Part shown: piece by piece, positions 30,619 through 42,613 of the stretch
Layout of the letters: each line of letters begins with the position of its first letter
Position numbering within the stretch: the stretch's first letter is position 1
DNA from: an uncultured Chloroflexia bacterium
GTDB taxonomy: Bacteria > Chloroflexota > Limnocylindria > Limnocylindrales > CSP1-4
Direction of reading: 5' to 3'
DNA length: 64,000 nt
Assembly: GCA_963833225.1 (NCBI GenBank)
Contig: CAWHXD010000007.1
Span: 512,001 to 576,000, forward strand
The notes under the pieces: model-generated
Told to the model about the DNA's origin: nothing
The model's database searches: none
The model's input: only the letters and a program-made list of their open reading frames with translations
Made by a program: the position numbers and the translations under genes

Positions 30619-33276
30619 ATGGCTGGTCGCGCTCTGCTTCTCCGCGCCGATCCGGGCTTTAGCCTGCCGGCCTACGAGCGCTTCGCACCGCCGCCCCCAC
30701 CGGCGCTGGTCGCGGCGCGGCTAGAGGCCGCCTCGTCGCCCGGCGACATCATCCTGGATCTGTTCGGACGCGGCGGCTGGGTCGCGCGGGCAGCCATCGA
30801 CAGCCAGCGCAAGGCCGTCAGCCTGGAGAGCACCGCGCTCGACCGGCTCCTCGCCGAGATCGTGCTCCGACCTCCTGACCTGCGTCACCTGGACGCGGCG
30901 ATCCAGTCGCTTGCGGCCTCGGCCCGCGGGGAGTCCAGCCTCAAGGCCTCGATCATGGACCGCTATGCGAGCCGGTGTGCCACCTGCGGCCGGCCGGTGA
31001 TCCTCGATGAGCTGACCTGGGTCGCCGAGTCAACCGACGAGGATGGCCACGCGGCCGGGCCGCGCCCGATCCGCAAGCACTACCGATGCCCCGTGTGCCG
31101 GGACCAGCTGGGCGGCGGCGAGCAGCGCCAGGCACCCGTGGACGCGATCGACATCGAGCGCGCTCTCGATCGCGAGGGCGCCGGGATCCGGCACCAGCTC
31201 CGCGACCGCTTCCCAACCCTCGAGGGGGGCGAGGCTCTCGCCGACGAGCTGCTCGACCTGCACACGACCCGACAGCTCGTCGCCCTCGCGGCGATCCTCG
31301 AGCGGGCCGAGAATGACCTCCGCGCCGCCTCCATCGCGGCGGCGATGCGACTCGCCCTCCTGCATGCCGTGGCCCCCGCGAGCCGCCTGGCCACCTCGGC
31401 GGGTCGGGTGGCTCCGCTCCGGATCCAGGGTGGTCACGTCAAGCTGCCCGCCAACGCGCAATGGCGCGAGCGAAACCCGTGGCTCGCCTTCGAGGATGGG
31501 GTCCGCGCGGTCCGCGGCTTCCTCCAGCGGCTGGAGAGCGGTGCCTGGGGCCCGGTCCCGGCCCGATTTGGCGATGACCTGCGGAGCCTCGCCGAGGGCG
31601 CCGCCACGGCGGTCGTGAAGCAGGGGACGCCGGCGGCGCTCGATGCGCTGGGCATCGAGGCCCGCCACCAGGCAGGGCTGGGCGTTCGTCCGCGGGTCCG
31701 ACTGGCGGTGGGGACGCCGCCCCTCCGGCCGGTTGCCGAGCGCCTGGCCTGGACCTACCACGGGACCGCCTGGGCCCTCGGCCGCGAGGCCGCGGCCACG
31801 CTGCCCCTGGAGCCGCTGTTCGGACCGTCGGTGCGCCCTACCTGGGGCTGGCAGGCCGCCGCGATCACGCGCGCGTTGCGGGCCGCCGAGCCCGTCCTCG
31901 CCGGGGATGCCCGGGTGGTGTTCCTGCTCGAAGGCGATGGGCCCGAGTCGCTCGTCGCCTGCACGCTGGGCGGGGTGACCGCCGGCTACCGGATGGCGGG
32001 CGCCCGCCTCCCGGAGGCCGGCCGCGATGCCGGCGGCGTGGTGGAGCTGGTGCCGCCCGGCTCGGGCGCCATCCCCCGCGGTCCACGCACCAGGGCGAAC
32101 CAGACGCTGTCCCCGGTACCCGGGGGTGCCGGCGACCCCCACTATCTTCCGTCGCGCCGCCTGTTCGCCCCGGGTGAGAGCCGGGCGGACGTCGCGTTCT
32201 CCGCCGAGGACGCGGAACGGGCTGTCGTCGATGCCGCCGTCGACGTGCTCAAGCTGCGCGGCGAGCCCGTCTCGTTCGAAGGGCTGCTCGGCGAGATCCT
32301 CGTCGGCCTCGACCGGACCGGTCACCTCCGTCGGCTCGTGCGCCCGCCCGCGCCACCCGAGGGCGAGCCACCGGCGGAGCCCGCGAGGGTCACCGATCAT
32401 GTCGACCGGCTCCTGGCCCTCGTCCGCTCGGCCCTCGCCGGTGCCGACGGGCGCCGCCTGGTCAAGGTCGGCGATGATCGCTGGTGGCTCGGGGACAAGG
32501 CGGATCGGGAGATGGCCGCCGTGCCGCTGGCGGATCGTGTCGAGTGGGCCGTGTACAGCCTGCTGTCAACGGCCGGCGCCCTGTCGGAACCCGCGTTCCT
32601 CGACCGGGTCGCGGGCCTGTTCACCGGTCCGGACCTCCCCGACGAGGCCCTGGTCCGCGCCTGCCTGGACTCGTACCGGAGCCTGTCCAGCACCTCCGGA
32701 CGCCTGGCAACCTCTGACGACCTCGCCCGGCGCAGCGCGGAGCACAGCCGCCTGATCGCGGATCTCGTCAACATCGGTCACCGGCTTGGGTTCTCGTGCT
32801 GGGTGGGTGAGCGCCAGCAGCCGCGCCGGGTTGGCCGTCACACCCTGGCGGACCACCTGGAGGCGCGTGAGCTGGCCGGACCACCCAGCCTCGGCCGAAT
32901 TGCCGCGCGGGACTTGGAAGACGTCGACGTCGTGTGGTACGTGCGCGGCCGAATGGCGATGGCCTGGGAGGTCGAGTGGACCGCCATGCTGTCCGACACG
33001 GTGCTCCGTCGCCACGCCCGGATCCCCCACGACGAGCGCCTGGTCCGCTTCCTGGTCGTGCTGCCCGAGCGGGCCGAGCTTGTCCGCCACAAGCTGGAGC
33101 GCTCGCCACTCCTGCGGGATGGGATGGAGGCCGGCGACTGGCACCTTGTGAAGGCCAACCATGTCCGGGACTGGGCTGCCCGGGAGCAGGTGGACCTGGC
33201 CGACCTGGAGCCGTTGCTGGGTCTCGATCCGCCCATCGAGCGGACCGGCGACCAGATGTCGCTGTTCAACGGCTGA
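30619..33276 (+). CDS. Degenerate adenine DNA methylase-like protein with Zn ribbon and C-terminal restriction endonuclease-like domain
   Basis: GDIILDLFGRGG (motif I-like), CATC/CPVC, VGTPPL in place of DPPY, C-terminal DVDVVW..AWEVEWT. Confidence 0.7.
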   Translation: MAGRALLLRADPGFSLPAYERFAPPPPPALVAARLEAASSPGDIILDLFGRGGWVARAAIDSQRKAVSLESTALDRLLAEIVLRPPDLRHLDAAIQSLAASARGESSLKASIMDRYASRCATCGRPVILDELTWVAESTDEDGHAAGPRPIRKHYRCPVCRDQLGGGEQRQAPVDAIDIERALDREGAGIRHQLRDRFPTLEGGEALADELLDLHTTRQLVALAAILERAENDLRAASIAAAMRLALLHAVAPASRLATSAGRVAPLRIQGGHVKLPANAQWRERNPWLAFEDGVRAVRGFLQRLESGAWGPVPARFGDDLRSLAEGAATAVVKQGTPAALDALGIEARHQAGLGVRPRVRLAVGTPPLRPVAERLAWTYHGTAWALGREAAATLPLEPLFGPSVRPTWGWQAAAITRALRAAEPVLAGDARVVFLLEGDGPESLVACTLGGVTAGYRMAGARLPEAGRDAGGVVELVPPGSGAIPRGPRTRANQTLSPVPGGAGDPHYLPSRRLFAPGESRADVAFSAEDAERAVVDAAVDVLKLRGEPVSFEGLLGEILVGLDRTGHLRRLVRPPAPPEGEPPAEPARVTDHVDRLLALVRSALAGADGRRLVKVGDDRWWLGDKADREMAAVPLADRVEWAVYSLLSTAGALSEPAFLDRVAGLFTGPDLPDEALVRACLDSYRSLSSTSGRLATSDDLARRSAEHSRLIADLVNIGHRLGFSCWVGERQQPRRVGRHTLADHLEARELAGPPSLGRIAARDLEDVDVVWYVRGRMAMAWEVEWTAMLSDTVLRRHARIPHDERLVRFLVVLPERAELVRHKLERSPLLRDGMEAGDWHLVKANHVRDWAAREQVDLADLEPLLGLDPPIERTGDQMSLFNG

Positions 33277-33306
33277 CGCCATGCTGACGCCCCATCCAAC
33301 CCAACG

Positions 33307-35001
33307 GTGAGTGACCCCGTGACCAAGACCCTGCCCATGTCGCGTATCGACGACATCGCTACCCGCTTCTGGGAATCGCTCCTGGAGCTCTCGCCGACGG
33401 TCGCGACCGTTTACGGCGACGAGCGCTACGACGACCGCCTCGACGACCCGGGACCGGCTGGCCGCGCGGCCCACCGGGCGCTGGCCGAGCGGGTCCGGAC
33501 GGAGGTTGCCGGCATCTCCACCGAGGCGCTGTCGGTCGAGGACCGGATCACGCTCGACATGCTGGCGATCACGGCCGACCTCACGATCCGCGGCGACGAC
33601 CTCGCGGTCCACGAGCTTCGGGCGGTCAACCACATCGATGGCGTCCAGACGCTCCTGGCGCAGCTCGCGGTGTTCCAGCCGGCCGACACGCCGGAGCGCC
33701 TGGACCGCTGGCTGGCCCGACTCCGGGCGTACGGGCCGATGGTCGATGCCACGATCGAGGTCCTGCGCGAAGGCATGAGCTCCGGCCGCACCTCGGCCCG
33801 GATCGTGGCCGAGCGCACCATCGCCCAGCTGGACGGCCTCCTCGGGCAGCCGCTCGAGGCATCGCCGGTGGTGCGGATGGCGCAGGTGGCTGACGATGCG
33901 GCGCGGGAGGCCGTCGCGAACGCAGTCCGGGACGTCGTCCGACCGGCCGACCAGCGGTTCCTTGCCTTCCTTCGGGACGAGTACCTGGCCACGACCCGGG
34001 AGCTGCCGGGCCTGATCTCCGCCCCGGATGGCGATGCGCTCTACCGGTATGCGATCCGGTCCTGGACGACGCTTGACATGGAGCCCGCCGAGATCCACCA
34101 GGTCGGTCTCGATGAGCTGGCGACCATCGATGCCGAGCGGCGCGAGATCGCCCTGGAGGCCGGCTTCGGCGACGATGTCGATGCCTACCGGCGATCGCTG
34201 GTGGCGGACCCGGCCAACCAGGCCGCGTCGCCGGAGCTGCTGGTGGCGCGCGCCACCGAGGACATCGCCCGCGCCGCTGAGGCGTCGCCGCGGGTCTTCG
34301 GGCGGCTGCCGAAGGCCCGATGCGAGGTGCGCCCGGTGGAGGCGTTCAAGGAGAAGGACGCGCCCTTCGCGTACTACTATCCGCCGACGCTCGACGGGTC
34401 TCGGCCCGGCATCTACTACGTCAACACGTACGACCTGCCAAGCCGGACCTTCTCCAAGCTCGCCTCCACCACATACCACGAGGCGATCCCCGGCCATCAC
34501 TACCAGATCGCCCTGGAGATGGAACACCCCACGCTCAACGTCTTCCGAAGGCTCGGATCGCGGCTGACGGGTTCCGCCTACGTGGAGGGCTGGGGGCTCT
34601 ACTCGGAGCGCCTCGCCGACGAGCTGGGCCTGTATCGCAGCCTGGGGGAACGGCTGGGCATGCTCGACGCGCAGGCGTGGCGGGCCTCGCGGCTCATCGT
34701 GGACTCGGGCATGCATGGTCTCGGCTGGTCACGTCGGGAGTCGATCGACTGGTTGCTCCGGACGGGCTTGTCCGAGACGGATGCGGTCATCGAGACCGAT
34801 CGCTATATCGGGTGGCCAGGACAGGCGCTCAGCTACATGGTCGGCCTGCGCGAGATCCGGCGGCTGCGCCGAGAGCTCGAGGCCAGTCTCGGCGCCGCGT
34901 TCGATCTCCGCCAGTTCCACGACGAGCTGATCGGGCACGGTTCCCTACCCCTGGCGACCCTGGCCCGGGAGCTGCCGACGTGGGTGGCGCCGGCGGGCTG
35001 A
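33307..35001 (+). CDS. DUF885 family putative metallopeptidase
   Basis: RPGIYYVN, HEAIPGHH, EGWGLYSE, RLIVDSGMH, PGQALSY. Confidence 0.93.
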   Translation: MSDPVTKTLPMSRIDDIATRFWESLLELSPTVATVYGDERYDDRLDDPGPAGRAAHRALAERVRTEVAGISTEALSVEDRITLDMLAITADLTIRGDDLAVHELRAVNHIDGVQTLLAQLAVFQPADTPERLDRWLARLRAYGPMVDATIEVLREGMSSGRTSARIVAERTIAQLDGLLGQPLEASPVVRMAQVADDAAREAVANAVRDVVRPADQRFLAFLRDEYLATTRELPGLISAPDGDALYRYAIRSWTTLDMEPAEIHQVGLDELATIDAERREIALEAGFGDDVDAYRRSLVADPANQAASPELLVARATEDIARAAEASPRVFGRLPKARCEVRPVEAFKEKDAPFAYYYPPTLDGSRPGIYYVNTYDLPSRTFSKLASTTYHEAIPGHHYQIALEMEHPTLNVFRRLGSRLTGSAYVEGWGLYSERLADELGLYRSLGERLGMLDAQAWRASRLIVDSGMHGLGWSRRESIDWLLRTGLSETDAVIETDRYIGWPGQALSYMVGLREIRRLRRELEASLGAAFDLRQFHDELIGHGSLPLATLARELPTWVAPAG

Positions 35002-35046
35002 AGGCACGCCGTCCCGCAGGTGGACGGTGGCGCCGACGCGGGCTGG

Positions 35047-36438
35047 TCAGCTGTCGAATCCGATCCCCAGCGCGTCCATCGCCCGCAGGAACGGCCCCGG
35101 GTGTCCCTGTTGCTCGTCGGCGTTGATGACCGCCCGGCGCATGATCTCCACGGCAGGGGTCCGAAGCGGCTCGGGCGGGATCGGGAACGGTCGGGAACGG
35201 ACGAACCGCAGGCGCAGGCGCGGATCATCCGGCGCGAGGATCCTGGCGCGCAGGATCCCGGCCGCCCAGCGGGCGGAGCCGACGCCCAGGCCGGTGTAGC
35301 CCAGGGCGTAGTGGACCCGGCCGCCGAGCGCCTCGCCGAACGTCACGTGAAAGCGCGTGGTGGTGTCGATCGCCCCACCCCAGCGATGGGTGAACTGGAC
35401 CCCCTCGAGCTGCGGAAACGTCTCCGCGAACTGTCGCTCAAGGGTCTCGAACGTCGCCGGCCGCCGGTCGTACCCGGGCAGGACCCGATTGCCCCGGTGG
35501 TAGATCGCGTCGTAGCCGCCCCACAGCATGCGGTTGTCCGCGGAGAGGCGGAAGTAGTGGAACTGGTTCCCGGAATCGCCGAGCCCTTCGCGCCCCTGCC
35601 AGCCGATCGAGGCCATCTGGGCGGGGGTCAGCGGCTCGGTCATCAGGGCGTAGTCGTAGACCGGGACGAAGACCGGGACGAGGCGCCGCAGCCAGCCGCT
35701 GTAGGCGGAGGTCCCGACCAGCACGTGGGCCGCCTCCACGACCCCGCCGCCCGCGACCTGGACCTCCACGCCCCAGGCGCGCCGGCGCAGGCCCGTCACC
35801 CGCGTCGACTCGAAGATGGTGCCGCCGCGCCGTTCCACGGCCCTGGCGAGACCCCAGGCCAGCTTGGCCGGGTTGACCAGCACCGAGCGATCGGGCCCGC
35901 CACGGATCCCGGCGAGGAACCGAGGGGAATGGACAGCGGCCTGGACTGCCGTCCGGTCCAGGAACGCCATGGGGTGGTCGTACCGCGCGGCGAGCTCGGC
36001 GAAGGCAAGCAGGTCGTCGACCTGGTGCGGCTCGGTCGCGACGTCAAGCGTCCCGGTCTCCTCCAGCTCGGCATCGATGCCCTCGGTCCGCACGAAGGCC
36101 ACCAGCTCCGCCAGGTTACGGCGCCCCTCGGCCTCGAGGACGCCGATCTCATCCGGGAAGTGCAGGAGTCCGTTGGCCAGCCCGTGCGTGAGCGACGCGG
36201 CGCAGAACCCGCCGTTGCGCCCGCTGGCGCCGAACCCCACCTGCTCGGCCTCGAGGACCGCCACTCGCAGCGCGGGATCTGCCTCCAGGAGCGCGATTGC
36301 CGACCACAGGCCCGTGAACCCGCCACCAATGACCGCGACGTCCACGCGCCGCTGCCCGAGGGCAGGCGATCGACGCGGCCCGGGATCACCGGTGGAGAAC
36401 CAGAAGGAGCCGCCCGCGGCGGGCGTGGAACTGGGCAT
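35047..36438 (-). CDS. FAD-dependent oxidoreductase (PuuB/OrdL-like)
   Basis: GGGFTG, GFGASGRNGG, QFHYFR, WGGAID, GYTGLGVG. Confidence 0.9.
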   Translation of the reverse strand: MPSSTPAAGGSFWFSTGDPGPRRSPALGQRRVDVAVIGGGFTGLWSAIALLEADPALRVAVLEAEQVGFGASGRNGGFCAASLTHGLANGLLHFPDEIGVLEAEGRRNLAELVAFVRTEGIDAELEETGTLDVATEPHQVDDLLAFAELAARYDHPMAFLDRTAVQAAVHSPRFLAGIRGGPDRSVLVNPAKLAWGLARAVERRGGTIFESTRVTGLRRRAWGVEVQVAGGGVVEAAHVLVGTSAYSGWLRRLVPVFVPVYDYALMTEPLTPAQMASIGWQGREGLGDSGNQFHYFRLSADNRMLWGGYDAIYHRGNRVLPGYDRRPATFETLERQFAETFPQLEGVQFTHRWGGAIDTTTRFHVTFGEALGGRVHYALGYTGLGVGSARWAAGILRARILAPDDPRLRLRFVRSRPFPIPPEPLRTPAVEIMRRAVINADEQQGHPGPFLRAMDALGIGFDS

Positions 36439-36529
36439 CGGATGACCAAATGTACGCGGATTGGCACGGGTTTCGCCACCACGGCTGCGATATTCGCGTG
36501 ACCTGTGCCCCAGAGGGACGATATCCGTG

Positions 36530-36587
36530 TTGACGGGCCCACTGGCCGTGTGGCACGATCGGCGGTACCTGTTGCACAGCCCGCAAC
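36530..36587 (+). promoter_or_regulatory. Promoter with downstream palindromic operator (candidate IclR site)
   Basis: TTGACG-18 nt-CACGAT followed by GTTGC-N7-GCAAC at 36571-36587. Confidence 0.45.
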
Positions 36588-36691
36588 GCTCGTCCCGGTC
36601 TACGCACCGGGAGCGCGGCGGGCGCCCCGCACGTCGCGAGAGTCCCGCGACACGAGCCCGATCGGGCCGGGTGGGGCTGAAGCTCGGAGGC

Positions 36692-38104
36692 ATGATGACG
36701 GCCGAACCCGCTGCCCACGCGGTCCCCACCCTTCACCGCGAGCGCCAGACGGCGATGTACAAGCGGGCGGCGCGCACGCTTCCCGGTGGCACCAACTCCA
36801 ACTTTCGCGCGTGGGGTGAGGACACGGTCTACGTGGACCGCGGCAAGGGTGGCCGGGTTTGGGACGTGGACGGCAACGAGTACATCGACCTGCGCATGGG
36901 CTACGGCCCGGTGATCTTGGGTCACGGTGATGGCCGTGTCGACGACTACGTCAACGAGCGGATGCGCAAGGGCGTCAGCTTCTCGCTCACCAGCGAGGAC
37001 GAGATCCGTGCGATGGAGCTCGTCAGGGAGATGAACCCCTGGGTCGACAAGGCCCGGATGACGGTCTCCGGCACCGAGGCGACGATGCACGCGATGCGTG
37101 TCGCCCGCGGCTACACCGGGCGCACCAAGATCGTGAAGTTCGAGGGCCAGTACCACGGCGTCCACGACTACGCGCTGATCAGCGTGGCACCCAACAGCAT
37201 GGCCGAGCTGGGCGACGAGGACAATCCCGTCGGCCTCGCGTGGGGTCGCGGGATCCCGGCGGAGGTCGCGAAGACGATCGTGCCGGCGCGGTACAACAAC
37301 ATCGACTTCCTGCGGCGCCTGTTCGAACGCCAGGGCGATGACATCGCCGCCATCATCGTTGAGCCGGTGCTCGGCAACGCCCAGGGCATCCTGCCCAAGC
37401 CGGGGTTCCACCAGGCCATGCGCGCCCTGACCGAGGAGTTCGGGATCCTGCTGATCTTCGACGAGGTCAAGACCGGCTTCCGGTTCGCGAAAGGCGGCGC
37501 GGCGGAGTACTTCGGGATCACCCCGGATCTCGCGACATACGCCAAGGCGATGGGCAACGGGTACCCGGCGGCCGCCTTCGGAGGACGCGAGGAGGTCATG
37601 GCGGTCCTGCCCGACAAGGTCAGCCACGGCGGCACCTACGCCGGCAACCGCGTGGCCGCCGCCGCCGCGGTCAAGACGCTCGAGATCCTGCGGGACACGG
37701 ACGCCCTGGCCACGATCCACCGGACGGGCGACACAATGCGGGCCGGGATCAGCGAGATCCTGGACGCGAAGGGTCTCGCCTACCACCTCACCGGCCACTC
37801 GTCGATGTTCGGCGTGATGTTCACCGAGGAGGTCGCGACCGAGTACCGGGACTGGGCGAACACGGATCACGAGCTGTACGACGCGATCGCCCTGGGCATG
37901 CACGCCCGCGGCGCGATGCCCGAGCCTGACAGCCGAGAGCCCTGGTTCGTGTGCGAGGCGCACGCGCAGGGCGACATCGTGGACCGGGTGCTCACGATCT
38001 TCGGCGAATCCCTGGACGCGGCGCTCGAGATGCGCGCCAAGGGCCAGCCGCTGCCGCATGAGACCGAGGCCGCGTACGGCAATACCTCCGGCACGGCTCA
38101 CTGA
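36692..38104 (+). CDS. Class III aminotransferase, glutamate-1-semialdehyde aminomutase-like
   Basis: PGGTNS, SGTEATM, FEGQYHG, IFDEVKTGFR, YAKAMGNG, HGGTY. Confidence 0.9.
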   Translation: MMTAEPAAHAVPTLHRERQTAMYKRAARTLPGGTNSNFRAWGEDTVYVDRGKGGRVWDVDGNEYIDLRMGYGPVILGHGDGRVDDYVNERMRKGVSFSLTSEDEIRAMELVREMNPWVDKARMTVSGTEATMHAMRVARGYTGRTKIVKFEGQYHGVHDYALISVAPNSMAELGDEDNPVGLAWGRGIPAEVAKTIVPARYNNIDFLRRLFERQGDDIAAIIVEPVLGNAQGILPKPGFHQAMRALTEEFGILLIFDEVKTGFRFAKGGAAEYFGITPDLATYAKAMGNGYPAAAFGGREEVMAVLPDKVSHGGTYAGNRVAAAAAVKTLEILRDTDALATIHRTGDTMRAGISEILDAKGLAYHLTGHSSMFGVMFTEEVATEYRDWANTDHELYDAIALGMHARGAMPEPDSREPWFVCEAHAQGDIVDRVLTIFGESLDAALEMRAKGQPLPHETEAAYGNTSGTAH

Positions 38105-38129
38105 GCCAGGGCGAGGAGGAGAGCTGCGG

Positions 38130-38903
38130 ATGACCCTCGAAGGGAATGCCGTCCGGTCCGTCGACCGTGCCGCGGCCCTGTTGCTGGCGCTTGGGGAGTG
38201 CCGCGGCGAGGCCGGGGTCACGGAGCTGGCGCGAAGGCTGGGCCTGCACAAATCCACCGCGTCGCGGCTGCTGGCAACGCTCGAGAAGCGCGGCCTGGTG
38301 GAGCAGGATGACGAGACGGGCCGCTACCGGCTGGGGCTCGTGGTGATCCGGCTTGCCGAACGGGCGGAGCGGACGCTTGACCTGCGGGCGATCGCGATGC
38401 CGGAGCTGGACCGTCTCGCCCGAGCCACGCGCGAGACGACGGGCCTGGGGATCCCCACCGAGGGCGAGAAGATCCTGACCGTGGCCCAGGCCGACGGCCC
38501 GAACCTGGTGGCGATGGGGGACTGGACCGGCCGCTCCGTGCCGATGCATTCGGTGGCCGCCGGCAAGGTCCTGCTGGCCGCGATGCCCGAGCGCGAGATC
38601 CTGCGCCTCGTTCGCCGCGGGCTGGACCGCTATACGGATCGCACGATCACCCAGCTCGAGCCGCTGCTCGAGGAGCTGGCGCGTATCCGGCGGCGTGGGT
38701 ACGCCACCGCGTTCGGCGAGTTCGAAGCGGGGATGAACGCCGTCGCGGCGCCCGTGTTCGACGCCCGGGGCCAGGTCTCGGCCGCCGTCGACGTGTGGGG
38801 CCCGGCCTTCCGCATCACGCCGCCCCGCATGCCCGAGCTGGTGCAGCAGGTCCGGGAGTCCGCGGCCGCCGTCTCTGTCCGGCTTGGCGGGACCGCCGCC
38901 TGA
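38130..38903 (+). CDS. IclR family transcriptional regulator
   Basis: SVDRA..GVTELARRLGLHKSTASRLL HTH, HSVAAGKVLL, RRRGYA. Confidence 0.94.
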   Translation: MTLEGNAVRSVDRAAALLLALGECRGEAGVTELARRLGLHKSTASRLLATLEKRGLVEQDDETGRYRLGLVVIRLAERAERTLDLRAIAMPELDRLARATRETTGLGIPTEGEKILTVAQADGPNLVAMGDWTGRSVPMHSVAAGKVLLAAMPEREILRLVRRGLDRYTDRTITQLEPLLEELARIRRRGYATAFGEFEAGMNAVAAPVFDARGQVSAAVDVWGPAFRITPPRMPELVQQVRESAAAVSVRLGGTAA

Positions 38904-38948
38904 TCCTGGCCCCCGCCGCCGCGGGTTCCGGCGCGCTAGGCTAGGGCG

Positions 38949-39857
38949 ATGAAGATCCCGGCCAACATCGAGGAGAAGTTCCTCGCCCTCCTCGGAGATC
39001 CGGTCCTGCCGATCGCCCTGATCCTGGTGATCGCGGTGATCCTCATCCGCCTGTCGAGCCTCGCCGTCCGCGGCATCGTCAGGAAGATCCTTGACCGTGA
39101 GGCGGCCGAGGGCACGGCCCGGGAGCTGTCGGCCGTCGAGATCCGGAAGCGGTTGGACACCCTTGACGACCTGGCCGGCGGCGTCATCCGTGCCTTCATC
39201 CTGGTGATCGCGCTGGTCATGATCCTGGACCAGCTCAACCTGAACATCGGGCCGGCGATCGCTGGGCTCGGCGTCGTGGGGATCGCGGTCGGGTTCGGCG
39301 CCCAGAGCCTGGTTCGCGACTACTTCAACGGCGCCCTGATCCTGATGGAAAACCAGTTCAGCGTCGGGGACGTGGTCTCGCTTGCCGGGGTGTCCGGCGA
39401 GGTCGAGGACTTCAGCCTGCGTCGGACCACGCTCCGGGACTTGAGTGGCACTGTCCACACGGTCCCCAACGGCGAGATCCGGGTGGCCTCGAACATGACC
39501 CGCGTCTGGGCCCGTGTCAACGAGGAGATCGAGGTCGCCTACGGCAGCGACATCGACCATGTCGTGAGCACGGTCAACGCCGTCGGCCAGGAGATGTTCG
39601 ACGACCCCGAGTGGCGTCGCCGGCTGCTGGAGCCCCTCGTCGTCCTGCGCGTGCAGTCCCTGGGCGAATCGGGCGTGACGATCAAGGTGCTGGGGACCGT
39701 CCGCGCCGCGGACCAGTGGGCGGCCGCCGGCGAGTTCCGCCGCCGCATCCTGAGCGCGTTCGCGGCTGCGTCGATCGAGATCCCGTTCCCCCACCGCGTG
39801 GTGATCACGCGGCCAGCGGACACGGCGTCGCAGGATCCCACGGCCGAGGCGGGCTGA
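38949..39857 (+). CDS. mscS: Small-conductance mechanosensitive channel
   Basis: GIAVGFGAQSLVRD, QFSVGD, LRRTTLRD..VPNG, IEIPFP. Confidence 0.92.
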   Translation: MKIPANIEEKFLALLGDPVLPIALILVIAVILIRLSSLAVRGIVRKILDREAAEGTARELSAVEIRKRLDTLDDLAGGVIRAFILVIALVMILDQLNLNIGPAIAGLGVVGIAVGFGAQSLVRDYFNGALILMENQFSVGDVVSLAGVSGEVEDFSLRRTTLRDLSGTVHTVPNGEIRVASNMTRVWARVNEEIEVAYGSDIDHVVSTVNAVGQEMFDDPEWRRRLLEPLVVLRVQSLGESGVTIKVLGTVRAADQWAAAGEFRRRILSAFAAASIEIPFPHRVVITRPADTASQDPTAEAG

Positions 39858-39924
39858 ACCACGGCGGCGTCCGCATCTCGTCCGCGTAGAATGGCCGAAC
39901 CCACGTGTGCTGCTGGAGGGACCC

Positions 39925-41895
<1,971 letters not shown>

Positions 41896-41899
41896 CCGG

Positions 41900-42565
41900 G
41901 TGCCGTTCGGCTTCCTGAAGAAGCGGAAGAGCGACGAGATTCCCGCCGGCGGCGGGACTCGGCCCGCGGGCGTCGATTCCTCGCACCTGCACAGGGGGCC
42001 TATCCGCGGCGTGCCGTTCACGGCCCTGACCGAGGACTGGCGGTTGCGCGGCCACATGGACATCGCCGGGCGGCTGTCGGACGCGCTCAACAAGCGCGAG
42101 GCCATCGCCATCCACGATGTCGCCTGGGGGCCGCCGGATTCGCCGGAGCTCGAGGCGGCACCCGGCCTGCGGAGCGTCGATCCGTACGATCTGATCCTGG
42201 TGACCGCGGGCGAGGACTCGCTGCCGCCGCTGACCGAAACGGAGCGGGCGGCCCTCAAGGTCCACAAGGTGGCCTACGACGTGTCGCTCGAGGTGCCGCC
42301 GTTCCGGGTGATCGGCACCGTGTACCTGCACCCCGGATCGGAGCCGGACCGGCTGCTGGACCGCGCGAGCGAGATGTTCGTGGCCGTCGCCGAGGCCACC
42401 GCTCGCCTGGGGAACGTGGAGGTCACGGATCCAGAGGTCGAGGTGATCCTCGTCAACCGGTTCTACCTGCGGGGCGTCGCCCAGGTGGACAAGCGGACAG
42501 GGGAGCCGCACCAGCGGCTGCCGGGCTCGCCGCTGGGCGGGACGAGCTGGCAGGATCGGAGCTAG
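41900..42565 (+). CDS. Hypothetical protein with two similar small beta domains (DUF6812-like)
   Basis: Internal similarity between WRLRGHM..RLSDALN and FRVIGTV..DRLLD..FVAV..VILVN. Confidence 0.7.
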   Translation: MPFGFLKKRKSDEIPAGGGTRPAGVDSSHLHRGPIRGVPFTALTEDWRLRGHMDIAGRLSDALNKREAIAIHDVAWGPPDSPELEAAPGLRSVDPYDLILVTAGEDSLPPLTETERAALKVHKVAYDVSLEVPPFRVIGTVYLHPGSEPDRLLDRASEMFVAVAEATARLGNVEVTDPEVEVILVNRFYLRGVAQVDKRTGEPHQRLPGSPLGGTSWQDRS

Positions 42566-42613
42566 GGCAGGGGGCGGCTGCGAGGCCTCACCGGCCCGGC
42601 CTCGCCGTTGGCG

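Noticed and set aside
36462-36476. Sigma54 promoter TGGCAC-N7-GC
   Set aside because: It fits GG-N10-GC, but no enhancer-binding protein is nearby and a sigma70-like promoter plus IclR explain the locus. A chance match is plausible at this GC content.
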